64,000 nucleotides of DNA. Source: Candidatus Bathyarchaeia archaeon (GTDB lineage Archaea > Thermoproteota > Bathyarchaeia > 40CM-2-53-6). The notes below the pieces were generated by a model. That model saw only the letters and a program-made list of their open reading frames with translations, made no database searches and was not told the DNA's origin. The stretch spans positions 672,001 to 736,000 of the forward strand of contig JBEKVV010000001.1 in the NCBI GenBank assembly GCA_049513715.1, given 5' to 3'. Shown here in pieces: positions 29,323 to 38,716 of the stretch (positions are counted from its first letter, which is position 1; each line of letters starts with the position of its first letter). The position numbers and the translations under genes are program-made.

Positions 29323-30273
29323 TTAACTTAACCTCTTCTTTACTTCGGCGAGTAAACGAGTTTTCTCTTCAGCTACTGAATGTGGCAGAAAATCCATGTC
29401 ACAATTAGGGCAAACAGTGGTGCATTTGGGTTCAACTTGGTCTTGCACTCGTCTGACGAATTTGGCTACTTCTTCAGGCTCCTCTAGGAGAGAGTTCCTT
29501 CCATCGATGCATCCGCAGTCAAGTTCCCTGTTGAACGTGTGCTCCGCAATGGATTCCACAGATGTTGCGTAGAAATCCACCCCGACGCTGTCAACCGGTA
29601 AGTCCAGCACAGCGTCCAGTGTAGGTGCTGAGTCGGTAAAGTATGTGTGGACCGATGTTTTGGCACCAGCTATCTTCGCGCAGGTTTCATAGGCTTGTTT
29701 TGCGCGCTGCAGCGCGTCCTTCACCCGACTTTCGTTGCTAATGGCTGGCTCATTAAATTGAATGAAAACATATCCTGCGCTTCGTAAACCAGTAATCACG
29801 TCCTTCAGTGCATGCGAAGCATCATCGATTAGGTCTGCGACATTTCCATTCGTTTTGTTTTCAGATAGAAGAGCGAAGGTTAGCGGGCCGGGCACGATGG
29901 CTTTCCTCTGTTGTGTGTTGGGCAAGAGACTATGCCGGAAGAATTCATCTATGTTTTTTCCACTATTTCTTATCTTCTCGACGATGATTGGTTTCCTGTA
30001 GAATGTGTTGTTGTCAAACCATCGCGTAAGGCTTCCTAGCTGTATCCCTGTAAACAGCTCTGAAAATGGCCGAAAAAGGTCTTGCCAGTTGAGCTGGCCA
30101 TCAACTACATAATCCAGCCCAGTCTGAGTCTGGAGTTGGACGAAGGCTCGGCAATCACGTTCGAATGAAACCTCAACATCTGCTTTAGAAGCCCTTCCTC
30201 GATCTGCGGATCGTGTCACTTCCACCAACGACTCAGAGCGGGGGAACGCTCCGCTTAGATGAACCTCCATCAT
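29323..30273 (-). CDS. MetE N-terminal-half protein (split-MetE partner)
   Basis: DGQLNWQD, RWFDNNTFYRKP, DGRN; adjacent to the catalytic half. Confidence 0.85.
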   Translation of the reverse strand: MMEVHLSGAFPRSESLVEVTRSADRGRASKADVEVSFERDCRAFVQLQTQTGLDYVVDGQLNWQDLFRPFSELFTGIQLGSLTRWFDNNTFYRKPIIVEKIRNSGKNIDEFFRHSLLPNTQQRKAIVPGPLTFALLSENKTNGNVADLIDDASHALKDVITGLRSAGYVFIQFNEPAISNESRVKDALQRAKQAYETCAKIAGAKTSVHTYFTDSAPTLDAVLDLPVDSVGVDFYATSVESIAEHTFNRELDCGCIDGRNSLLEEPEEVAKFVRRVQDQVEPKCTTVCPNCDMDFLPHSVAEEKTRLLAEVKKRLS

Positions 30274-30376
30274 GTGTCCTCTCTAACGATTTTGAAAGTC
30301 GCCACCAACGGCTATTCGTTATTTTAATAGTTTCGGGCTAACGAAATTCCTATTGCAATACGGGTTTCTTCCTGAA

Positions 30377-30829
30377 TTAGCCAATAGGTTTGAAGAAGTA
30401 GCGGGGCCATCGCGGCCATTCCTTAGGTAGTGTCGTCTCGAAATCGACCTTCAACTCCATCCCGATATGTAAGTCCTCTAACTTTACGTTCTTGATCATC
30501 CCGGGAAGTTGGGGGCCGTCTGTGAGTTTGACGATACCGACGGCATATGGGGCCAAGGCTTGAAACTGGCCTGGGGCAAAATGTATGACCGTGTAAGTGA
30601 GAAGCTGTCCCAATCCTGTCAGTTGAGTCCAGTCGAATTTGTCAGCGAGGCATTTGGGGCAAATTGTGCGCGGTGGGCAGATTAGAGCGCCGCAGCGCTT
30701 GCATTTCACCGCCATCAGTTTTCTTTCGGCGCAGAACTTGTAGAAGTTCTCAACTGCAGGGACGATGACACCTCGTTCGTCGCGAATGAAAGCTGACTTA
30801 TCGTCTTGTTCAATCGTGGAAGCTGACAT
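30377..30829 (-). CDS. DUF35 Zn-ribbon/OB-fold acyl-CoA-binding protein
   Basis: CKRCG..PPR..CPKC, PYAVGIVKL. Confidence 0.9.
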   Translation of the reverse strand: MSASTIEQDDKSAFIRDERGVIVPAVENFYKFCAERKLMAVKCKRCGALICPPRTICPKCLADKFDWTQLTGLGQLLTYTVIHFAPGQFQALAPYAVGIVKLTDGPQLPGMIKNVKLEDLHIGMELKVDFETTLPKEWPRWPRYFFKPIG

Positions 30830-30845
30830 TTAGTCTTGTCACCTT

Positions 30846-32018
30846 TCAGTCTCCGCGTTTGTAGATGTGGACGACTCCTGTCGATGCGGATCCGCCGACA
30901 TTTTCAGTGAGTCCTATCTCTGCGTTTGGAACCTGCCTGCGGTCTGCTTGGTTTGTGAGTTGCAGGTAGATTTCGTAGGCTTGAGCTGTGCCGGTTGCGC
31001 CAACGGGGTGCCCCTTGGCTTTTAGGCCGCCACTTGTGTTCGTCGGTATTCTTCCTCCCAAATGGGTTGCTCCTTCATCGATCAGTTTGCCGCCTTCACC
31101 CTGTTTGCAGAATCCTAGGTCTTCGTACGCGATTATCTCAGCGATAGTGAAGCAGTCATGCAGTTCAGCCAAGTCAATGTTATCTGGGCCAACCCCGGCC
31201 ATCTGATAGGCTTGCTTTGCGGCTAGCCGCGTTACCTTCATGCTGCTGAAATCCTCGCGGGCAAAAAGGCTGAGGGTGTCTTGAGCTTGGCCAGATCCGA
31301 TAATGTTCACGGGGGTGTCTGTGAACTTCCTCGCGATTTTCGGCGAAGTGAGGACGAGGCAGCTTGCTCCATCACTTCTGGGGCAACAGTCATACAATTT
31401 GAGTGGCCAAGCTACAGGTCGAGAGGTGAGCACGTCGTCAACGGATATGCGTTTTTGGAAGTGAGCCTTTGGGTTCAGTACGCCATGGTCATGGTTCTTC
31501 ACTGCGACCTTAGCCATTTGCTCCTCCGTTGTACCGTACCTGTGCATGTGGTCGACGGCCATCATGCCAAAAATTCCAGGAAAGGATATGCCGTGCCACT
31601 GTTCAAAAGGAAAATCAGAAGCCATAGCTAACACCTCCGTCACGCCTGTCGTACTGAAATGGGTCATCTTTTCTACACCTCCCACCAGAACAACATCGCA
31701 CATTCCGGACGCGATCGCGAAAATAGCGCTTCGTAGGGCGACACTTGATGAGGCGCACGCGCTTTCGTTTCTGAACGCGGGGATTGGCAATAATCCAATC
31801 CAATCGAGTAGCAAAGGCGCAATATGGGCTTGATGCTCGTAGGATTCACTCATCATGCCCACGAAAAGGGCCTGAATGTCCCGTTTGGGATCCAAGTTGG
31901 GGCATCGGTCGAACGCTTCCTTTGCAGCTTCAGCGAAGAGTTCTCTCGTGTAAAGGCCTTCGCGAACCCCAAACTTCGTGGCGCCGGCTGAAACGATGCT
32001 GGCGATTGGCGCTCCCAT
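30846..32018 (-). CDS. Thiolase (archaeal/SCP2 type) retaining the catalytic Cys
   Basis: ESACASS, GGVEKM, ELHDCF, GHPVGATG. Confidence 0.92.
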   Translation of the reverse strand: MGAPIASIVSAGATKFGVREGLYTRELFAEAAKEAFDRCPNLDPKRDIQALFVGMMSESYEHQAHIAPLLLDWIGLLPIPAFRNESACASSSVALRSAIFAIASGMCDVVLVGGVEKMTHFSTTGVTEVLAMASDFPFEQWHGISFPGIFGMMAVDHMHRYGTTEEQMAKVAVKNHDHGVLNPKAHFQKRISVDDVLTSRPVAWPLKLYDCCPRSDGASCLVLTSPKIARKFTDTPVNIIGSGQAQDTLSLFAREDFSSMKVTRLAAKQAYQMAGVGPDNIDLAELHDCFTIAEIIAYEDLGFCKQGEGGKLIDEGATHLGGRIPTNTSGGLKAKGHPVGATGTAQAYEIYLQLTNQADRRQVPNAEIGLTENVGGSASTGVVHIYKRGD

Positions 32019-32117
32019 CTCAAGCTACCTATTTCCTTCGAACGAAGTTAAGTAGCAACTGCCAATAGGCAATAATGAAGGTTTGTGACGATTTCTTGAA
32101 CTATAATTGACTATGCA

Positions 32118-32294
32118 CTATCCTACGGTCTCGTGGGCAAGTCTCTGCAAGAGCTCATCTAAGACTTGAAGCACAATCTCCAGGGTGACCCGAGGATTCG
32201 AATAGCGGGTATGAAGCGCGATCTCTAACCGTTTCCGACTGCCCTCTAACCATTCGCGGCTTAGCTGTTTTCTGAGCATTACGGTCGATTCCAA
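32118..32294 (-). CDS. Hypothetical 58-aa helical protein (not in ORF track)
   Basis: TTG start, MESTVMLRKQLSREW...LDELLQRLAHETVG, preceded by GGTAAGGGTTAAGG. Confidence 0.4.
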   Translation of the reverse strand: MESTVMLRKQLSREWLEGSRKRLEIALHTRYSNPRVTLEIVLQVLDELLQRLAHETVG

Positions 32295-32314
32295 CCTTAA
32301 CCCTTACCCTAGGT

Positions 32315-32416
32315 CTACCTGTTGGTCTCGTATCCGCAGCTTAAACAGCGAAACTGGGTTCTTGCCAGTGGTCCCGTGTTCTCTCGCATCGTTGCACGGC
32401 AACTTGGACACTTCAA
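32315..32416 (-). CDS. 33-aa zinc-ribbon microprotein (not in ORF track)
   Basis: MKCPSCRATM...FRCLSCGYETNR; TTG start 1 nt after the upstream stop. Confidence 0.6.
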   Translation of the reverse strand: MKCPSCRATMRENTGPLARTQFRCLSCGYETNR

Positions 32417-32417
32417 C

Positions 32418-32600
32418 CTAACCCTTACCGCCCTTCTTGCTCATTGTGATCTGGTGGTCATTCAGCCCAATTACTAGGGTGTCTCCGTCCTCGATTTTGA
32501 GGGCTCGCGTTATCGGTGCGGGTATCAGTTTTCGCTCATAACTTATACCCGCAAGTGGCGCATATTTCTGGCACATTACCTTGTGGGTAACGATTGCCAC
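32418..32600 (-). CDS. AbrB/MazE-like small DNA-binding protein
   Basis: LIPAPITRALKIEDGDTLVI matches the AbrB IP..I...L.I..GD.L pattern. Confidence 0.55.
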   Translation of the reverse strand: MAIVTHKVMCQKYAPLAGISYERKLIPAPITRALKIEDGDTLVIGLNDHQITMSKKGGKG

Positions 32601-32959
32601 ACGTTTTGCATACGTGGTAGTGGGATAGTAGTAGCTTGAGACGCGCATGACATAGTAGTAGCTTGGGAAGCGTGTGACCTAGTTCACGTATTGTGATGAG
32701 AGATTGGCGGATGGTTTTATCCAAATGTACTCTTCACTCAACAAAAAATACGAGGCGATTTACAGTTAAATCTACCGACTTCGCCCACTTGGCCGCAGTC
32801 GCTGCATGTAAATTCACCCATTTCATTCACCTCTGTTTTTGCCTAGTGTGAAGGCTAGCCCCCGACCAAATTGGCAAGAAAACGGGGAACGTCATTGCCT
32901 GCCTTGAGGATTGGCTTAAATTCCAGGCCGGGAGGCAGGGAAACAAAGCTGGGTCTTGT

Positions 32960-34108
32960 TTGAGGGACGTTGCAATCGTCGGCGTTGGCGTAACGCAATT
33001 GAGGCCTTCAACGCCCGAGGTTTCATACAAGGAACTGATTTTCGAGGCAGCTGTGAAAGCGTACGAAGATGCTGGTCTTGATCCACGGCGTGATGTTCAG
33101 AGCTTTGTGTGCTCATCTGAGGATTTCTTGGAGGGAACAAGCATCTTTGACGAATATGTGCCCGATCAATTGGGCGCGGTTCAGAAGCCAGTGTGCACGA
33201 TTTCCGCGGATGGAATGTTCAGTTTGGCAACGGGCTACATGCAAATACTGACGGGTTTGTTCGACATTGTTGCCATTGAGGCCCACAGCAAGGCTTCCGA
33301 TATCGTAAACCTCTCCCCAATCTACGATCTTGCTCTTGATCCAATCTACACGCGGCCGTTAGGCGTAAACGCATCATTCGTTGCGGGCTTAGAAATGAAC
33401 AAATTCCTTCATTCAAGCGGAGCTGAGTTGAAACACTGCGAAGCCGTTGTTTCAAAGAACAGGCGAAATGCTCTCTCAAACCCCTTGGCCATGAACGGTG
33501 CTAGCGTAGACGAACCGGATGCTGGCGCTGAATACATCTCGTACCCGCTTTCTGTCAGCGATATCGCGCCTGTGGCGGATGGAGCCGCGGTCGTTGTTCT
33601 TGCATCCGGGGAGGTCGCGAGAAGACTACGTGACGACCCCATTTGGGTGAATGGAGTTGGTTGGGCGTCAGACAGCCCAACACTTGAAACGAGAGAGTGG
33701 ACGGAAGCGAACTATGCGAAAATCGCCGCCAAACACGCCTACAAGCGGGCGGGCATACGTGATCCCTCAAAGGACATTCAATTAGCTGAGATCGATGATA
33801 CTTACTCATACAAGGAACTGCAGCACGCAGAAGCGTTAGGGTTGAACGGGACCGGAAAGGTGCATCAATTGTTGGAGCAGGGTGTTTTCGATGCCGACGG
33901 GAGCCTTCCAATCAATCCTTCAGGAGGGAGCATAGGCATGGGGCATACTCTGGAGATGAGCGGACTCGTCAGAACCATTGAGCTGGCGCAGCAACTTCGC
34001 GGTCAAGCAGCAGCGCATCAAATTCATGGCGTGCAAACAGGTGTAGCACAGTGTTGGAGGGGCATCCCCACAACAACAGGGGCAGTAATAATCCTGAGCA
34101 ACAGGTGA
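32960..34108 (+). CDS. Thiolase-family protein lacking the catalytic Cys
   Basis: VAIVGVG, DGAAVVVLAS, INPSGG; ISADG in place of the ExAC motif. Confidence 0.85.
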   Translation: MRDVAIVGVGVTQLRPSTPEVSYKELIFEAAVKAYEDAGLDPRRDVQSFVCSSEDFLEGTSIFDEYVPDQLGAVQKPVCTISADGMFSLATGYMQILTGLFDIVAIEAHSKASDIVNLSPIYDLALDPIYTRPLGVNASFVAGLEMNKFLHSSGAELKHCEAVVSKNRRNALSNPLAMNGASVDEPDAGAEYISYPLSVSDIAPVADGAAVVVLASGEVARRLRDDPIWVNGVGWASDSPTLETREWTEANYAKIAAKHAYKRAGIRDPSKDIQLAEIDDTYSYKELQHAEALGLNGTGKVHQLLEQGVFDADGSLPINPSGGSIGMGHTLEMSGLVRTIELAQQLRGQAAAHQIHGVQTGVAQCWRGIPTTTGAVIILSNR

Positions 34109-34113
34109 AAGCC

Positions 34114-35280
34114 TTGCACATAAAGAGACGAGTTGCAGTAGTCGGCGCTGGCATGACGAAATTCATGAGAAGGGCGCAAGAGACAGGCAAGGAACTCTCA
34201 TTTGAAGCCGTCCGCCGCGCATTGGATTCCTGCAATATGCGAATAGAAGACATAGAATCAGTAGCCATGGGAACCGGACCAGACGCCTTCGACGGCATCC
34301 ACATGAAGGGAGAATACCTGCTTGACGGGGCGGGAGGCTGGGGAAAACCATACTCACGCAACTTCGTAGGTGGCGGAACAGGTGTCTTCAGCCCCATTCA
34401 CGGTTGGCTCCACGTAGCCTCCGGCCTATACGACACATGCCTCGTCGTAGCTGAAGAAAAAATGTCAAGCTGCCTGCCACACCCTCAGGCCGCGTTCCTC
34501 ACCATATTCGACAATATGATTGAAAGACAATTGGGCCCCAACTTGATTTGGATTTTTGCGTTGGAGATGCAGCGCTACATGCACAAGTACAACATTCCGA
34601 AAGAACAGATCGCCCAAGTGGCAGTGAAGAACAAGCGGAACGCCCTCGACCACCCATCGGCGCAAATTGCCAAGGCAGTCACGCTCCAAGACATAATGGA
34701 TTCCGAAGTTTTGGCGTGGCCTGTCCAACGCTTGGACATAAGTCCCGTTAGCGATGGGGCAGCCGCCATAGTCCTGGCATCGGAGGAAGTTGCACGTAAG
34801 ATCACCGACTCGCCAGTCTGGATTGACGGAGTGGGTTGGAACCTAGATACAACATATTGGGCAAACAGGGATCTTTACTTTCCCCGATACGTAGCGAACG
34901 CCGCTCGCATGGCGTACGAGATGGCTGGCATTCACAACCCACGCAAAGAAATCGACTTCGCCGAACCTTACGATCCCTTCGACTACAAGGAACTTCACCA
35001 CATGGAAGGTTTGCTCCTATGCAGAAAGGGCGAAGCCCCTAAGCTCACAGCAGAAGGGGTGACCGAGAGAGACGGAAAACTACCGATATGCCCCTCAGGC
35101 GGTCTACTTGGAGTCGGGAACCCAATTGGTGCAGCCGGAATGATGAAGATTTGCGAACTGTTCTGGCAACTACGTGGAGAAGCAGGAAAACGGCAAGTCG
35201 CAGGCGATCCTCGAACAGCGGTGGCACAGGCATGGGGCGATTTGATGCAGATTGGGACAGTAGTAGTGATGCGTTCATAG
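34114..35280 (+). CDS. Thiolase-family protein lacking the catalytic Cys (likely TTG start at 34114)
   Basis: VAVVGAG, VGGGTG, EEKMS, EPYDPF, PSGGLLGVGNPI; SD-like aggtga upstream. Confidence 0.88.
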   Translation: MHIKRRVAVVGAGMTKFMRRAQETGKELSFEAVRRALDSCNMRIEDIESVAMGTGPDAFDGIHMKGEYLLDGAGGWGKPYSRNFVGGGTGVFSPIHGWLHVASGLYDTCLVVAEEKMSSCLPHPQAAFLTIFDNMIERQLGPNLIWIFALEMQRYMHKYNIPKEQIAQVAVKNKRNALDHPSAQIAKAVTLQDIMDSEVLAWPVQRLDISPVSDGAAAIVLASEEVARKITDSPVWIDGVGWNLDTTYWANRDLYFPRYVANAARMAYEMAGIHNPRKEIDFAEPYDPFDYKELHHMEGLLLCRKGEAPKLTAEGVTERDGKLPICPSGGLLGVGNPIGAAGMMKICELFWQLRGEAGKRQVAGDPRTAVAQAWGDLMQIGTVVVMRS

Positions 35281-35293
35281 GAGGCAAAGTGAC

Positions 35294-35806
35294 TTGAGTA
35301 AAGAAGCCCTCACGAATCCTCCCGGCAATCCCTTGAAAGAGGAAGACATTGAACGCCAAAAAGTGCTCTCCGTAATCTACCATCCCAAAGCAAAGTATTC
35401 ATGGGCGGCTGGAATCGCGGTAGGCCGATTCCTATCGGATCTGAAGCTTGGCAAGATCACAGGGAGCAAGTGCCAGCATTGTGGCAGAATAGTAGTCCCT
35501 CCCAGGATTTTCTGCGAACTCTGCTTCAAACCAAGCGCCGGCTGGGTCTCCCTACCTGATACGGGCGTTGTGAACACTTACTCAATTTCCTACATTACGG
35601 CAGACACAACAAGGGTCAAGGAACCCATAATCCCTGCCGTAATTGAGATTGATGACACCTCAAACGCTGGGTTCCTTCATTTACTGGGCGAAGTGAAACC
35701 AAATGACGTTAGAATAGGCATGAGAGTAAAAGCTGTCTGGGCAGACCCATCAAAGCGAACAGGTTCTATCACGGACATCAAGTACTTTGCCCCCGCGAGG
35801 AAGTAA
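35294..35806 (+). CDS. DUF35 Zn-ribbon/OB-fold protein
   Basis: CQHCG..PPR.FCELC, RTGSITDIKYF. Confidence 0.9.
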   Translation: MSKEALTNPPGNPLKEEDIERQKVLSVIYHPKAKYSWAAGIAVGRFLSDLKLGKITGSKCQHCGRIVVPPRIFCELCFKPSAGWVSLPDTGVVNTYSISYITADTTRVKEPIIPAVIEIDDTSNAGFLHLLGEVKPNDVRIGMRVKAVWADPSKRTGSITDIKYFAPARK

Positions 35807-35808
35807 TT

Positions 35809-36252
35809 GTGATGATTCCGGAATCGATCAGAGTTGAAGGAGACTTTCCGGTCTATTTCCGCTACACTGTGGGAGTGGCAGCAGAGAGATTCTTCCGCGA
35901 AATCAAAGACAATGGCCGCCTAGTTGCGAGTCGCTGCGTGAAATGCAACCTAAACTATCTGCCTCCCCGCATGTACTGCGAACGTTGCATGTCAAAGTTG
36001 GATGAATATGTTCCAGTTGAGAGCGCAGGGACCGTGTACACTTGCACCACGTGCAGAAAAGACCCTGAAGGAAATGACCTCCTGCATCCCATATCCATTG
36101 CTCTTGTCCGCTTTCCCTCAGCTCATGGGGGGATTGTACACAAGACCAAGACGCAAGTGGAGATCGGCGACAACGTACGTGCGGTATTCAAGGAGAAATC
36201 AAAGAGAACTGGATCCATATTAGACATCGAATACTTTGAAAAGAAAGAATAG
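35809..36252 (+). CDS. DUF35 Zn-ribbon/OB-fold protein
   Basis: CVKC..PPRMYCERC, RTGSILDIEYF. Confidence 0.9.
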   Translation: MMIPESIRVEGDFPVYFRYTVGVAAERFFREIKDNGRLVASRCVKCNLNYLPPRMYCERCMSKLDEYVPVESAGTVYTCTTCRKDPEGNDLLHPISIALVRFPSAHGGIVHKTKTQVEIGDNVRAVFKEKSKRTGSILDIEYFEKKE

Positions 36253-36253
36253 G

Positions 36254-36693
36254 TCATTCCCGGCGCTCTTTCTTCACGCGCCCAGTGATGTGGTCAACGA
36301 TAGTCTTCAGCGATGTGCCGGGCCCGAAGTTCCCTGTAATCCCCAACTTCTCAAGTTTCGGTTTGTCCTCTTCGGGTATGATTCCGCCACCTACTAGCAA
36401 GATGTCGTGAGCGTTGTTCTCTTTGAGAGCCTTTGCTACCTTTGGGAAAGCAGTCATGTGGGCACCATTCAATAGACTCATGGCGACCACGTCGACGTCC
36501 TCGTCTATCGCCATTTGCGCGACTTGCTCGGGGCTAGCTAGTAACCCCGCGTATATTACTTCCATCCCTGCATCCCTGAGTGCCCTACACAGCACCAGAG
36601 CGCCCCTGTCGTGCCCGTTTGGCCGTTTTCTTACGCAAGCCCGGGCTTAGCGACGAGCACTCTAATTCTGTGTTGTTGTGACGTTTTGCTCAT
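36254..36693 (-). CDS. Methylmalonyl-CoA mutase cobalamin-binding subunit, two exons (36693-36636 and 36618-36254), 140 aa after joining
   Basis: Removing 17 nt gives [42 protein letters not shown]...GGGIIP, with the DxHxxG motif intact. Confidence 0.9.
36619..36635 (-). other. Putative 17-nt bulge-helix-bulge intron (CGUAAGAAAACGGCCAA)
   Basis: Outer stem GCCCG/CGGGC, 4-bp helix GGCU/GGCC, bulges UG^C and AA^A, inner stem GU/AC; the canonical cut sites exactly restore codon GAC. Confidence 0.85.
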
Positions 36694-36726
36694 CGTCTTT
36701 GTTACTGAAATCTCCCGAACCTCCTC

Positions 36727-38487
36727 CTAGAATATTGATGGTTCCTTCCAATCGCCAAAAACCTCTCTTCCCACATCGATAATCTCTCCCAACGTGGCAT
36801 ATGATTTCACCGCTTTAAGCATTGGATAAATACAGTTAGAGTCCGGGTTCATGAAAGACCGTCTCAACTCTGCCAAGGCCTCTTTTACGGCCGTGGCGTC
36901 CCGACTCTTCCTCACTTCCTGCAAGCGTTCAATTTGCCTTGTTCTAGCTTTCTCTTCGATCCGCAAGGTCTTGATTGGGGAAGGCGCGTCCATTTTGTAG
37001 GCGTTAACACCGACGATCGTTCGTTTCTTGTCTTCCATTTCCCTTTGATATCTATAGGCAGTGTCAGCAATTTCTCTCTGTATGAATCCCGTCTTCAACG
37101 CAGCGAGAATACCGCCGAGTTCATCGATCTTAGCGAGATACTCGTACGTACGCTGTTCCATTTCATCGGTCAACCATTCCACATAATAAGCGCCGCCCAG
37201 GGGATCGATGACATCAGCCGCCCCAGTTTCCTCAGCCATTATCTGTTGAGTCCTGAGAGCTATCAACGCGGCTTCCTGAGTGGGCAGCGCCCAAGCTTCG
37301 TCGTACGAATTAGTGTGAAGTGATTGCGTGCCCCCCAGTATCGCGGCCAACGCTTCCACAGCTGTTCTGACAATGTTGTTAAGTGGTTGTTGCCAAGTCA
37401 AAGACGCGCCCGAGGTCTGCGTGTGAAATCGCATTAAGAGCGACCTCGGGTTCTTGGCACGGTATTTCTCTCTAAGAACTGTGCTCCAGATTCTGCGGGC
37501 CGCTCTGAATTTCGCTACTTCTTCAAAAAAGTCCATACCACAGTTGAAAAAGAAGGAGAGGCGCGGAGCAAAATCATCCACCTTCAATCCTGCTTCCAAC
37601 CCTAAGTCAATGTATGCGAACCCATCTGCCAGCGTAAACGCCAGTTCTTGGAGGGCGCTGGAGCCAGCCTCACGTATATGATAGCCGCTCACGCTGATGT
37701 AATTCCATAATGGCAGGTGTTTGGTTGAGTAAAGCATCATGTCTCGAATTATGCGAAGATGTGCTTCCGGAGGATACACCCACTCCTTCTGTGCCGCATA
37801 TTCTTTCAGAATATCAGTCTGCACAGTTCCACGCAGCCTGGCGGGTGAAATTCCATTTCTCTCCGCAACCGCAACATACATGCAAGTGAGAACAGATGCT
37901 GGAGCGTTAATGGTCATGGATGTGCTGACTTCATCCAGTGGAACCCCGTCAAGGATGACTTCCATGTCCTTCAAAGATGAAACCGAAACACCGCATTTTC
38001 CGACTTCGCCTTCGGCCCTCTGATGGTCAGCATCTACCCCGTACAGAGTTGGCATGTCGAATGCTATACTGAGACCCGTCTCTCCCTCCTTCAACAAATA
38101 CTTGAGACGCGCGTTAGTGTCTTCCGGAGTCCCGTAGCCGGAAAACATCCGCATGGTCCAAAGTCGGCCTCGATACATCGTCGGGTACACCCCCCGGGTG
38201 TATGGGTATTCACCGGGCATCCCCAATAGCGCTGAATAGTCATTGGATGCAACATCTGTCGGCGTATAGACCCGTTTTACGGCTATGCCTGAGGGATTTG
38301 TGACCTCGATTTTTCGCTCTTTGGATTTTGATGTCCACTTCCTAACTGTAGTGTTCTCCCATTGCTTAGCTCGTTTCGCAAGAAGACGCAGTTGTTTGGA
38401 ATTGTGGAGGCCCGCGTCCTTTCTTCGGGCATTCGAGATCTCCACCAGTTTCATTGCCCAGAAATTCCTCGATTTTCTAGATGACAT
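36727..38487 (-). CDS. Methylmalonyl-CoA mutase, large (substrate-binding) subunit
   Basis: PGEYPYTRGVYPTMYRGRLWTMR, SVSGYHIREAG, RFHTQT, QSLHTNSYDEA; exact start uncertain. Confidence 0.95.
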   Translation of the reverse strand: MSSRKSRNFWAMKLVEISNARRKDAGLHNSKQLRLLAKRAKQWENTTVRKWTSKSKERKIEVTNPSGIAVKRVYTPTDVASNDYSALLGMPGEYPYTRGVYPTMYRGRLWTMRMFSGYGTPEDTNARLKYLLKEGETGLSIAFDMPTLYGVDADHQRAEGEVGKCGVSVSSLKDMEVILDGVPLDEVSTSMTINAPASVLTCMYVAVAERNGISPARLRGTVQTDILKEYAAQKEWVYPPEAHLRIIRDMMLYSTKHLPLWNYISVSGYHIREAGSSALQELAFTLADGFAYIDLGLEAGLKVDDFAPRLSFFFNCGMDFFEEVAKFRAARRIWSTVLREKYRAKNPRSLLMRFHTQTSGASLTWQQPLNNIVRTAVEALAAILGGTQSLHTNSYDEAWALPTQEAALIALRTQQIMAEETGAADVIDPLGGAYYVEWLTDEMEQRTYEYLAKIDELGGILAALKTGFIQREIADTAYRYQREMEDKKRTIVGVNAYKMDAPSPIKTLRIEEKARTRQIERLQEVRKSRDATAVKEALAELRRSFMNPDSNCIYPMLKAVKSYATLGEIIDVGREVFGDWKEPSIF

Positions 38488-38716
38488 GTGAAATCACGGT
38501 AAGATTGAAGGAGCTTCACGGAAGGCGACTATTTTTCTTTTGGGTAAGCTCAGTTACTTGCCACTCCATGCTCGAACTGGGCAACGCTATGGATGGTCTA
38601 ATTCGATCAACGAGTGTAGGACCGACAACAACCTAGATAAGCGAAGTCATAAAGGGAGCTTCGACGAGTCACGTCCAAACTTTAGAGTATAGCTAAGTCA
38701 TCAGGAGTCATGGTCC

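Noticed and set aside
36254..36693. Mutase small subunit as a simple frameshifted pseudogene
   Set aside because: The insertion is not a duplication of flanking sequence, its ends match BHB cut positions exactly, and the rest of the gene is intact
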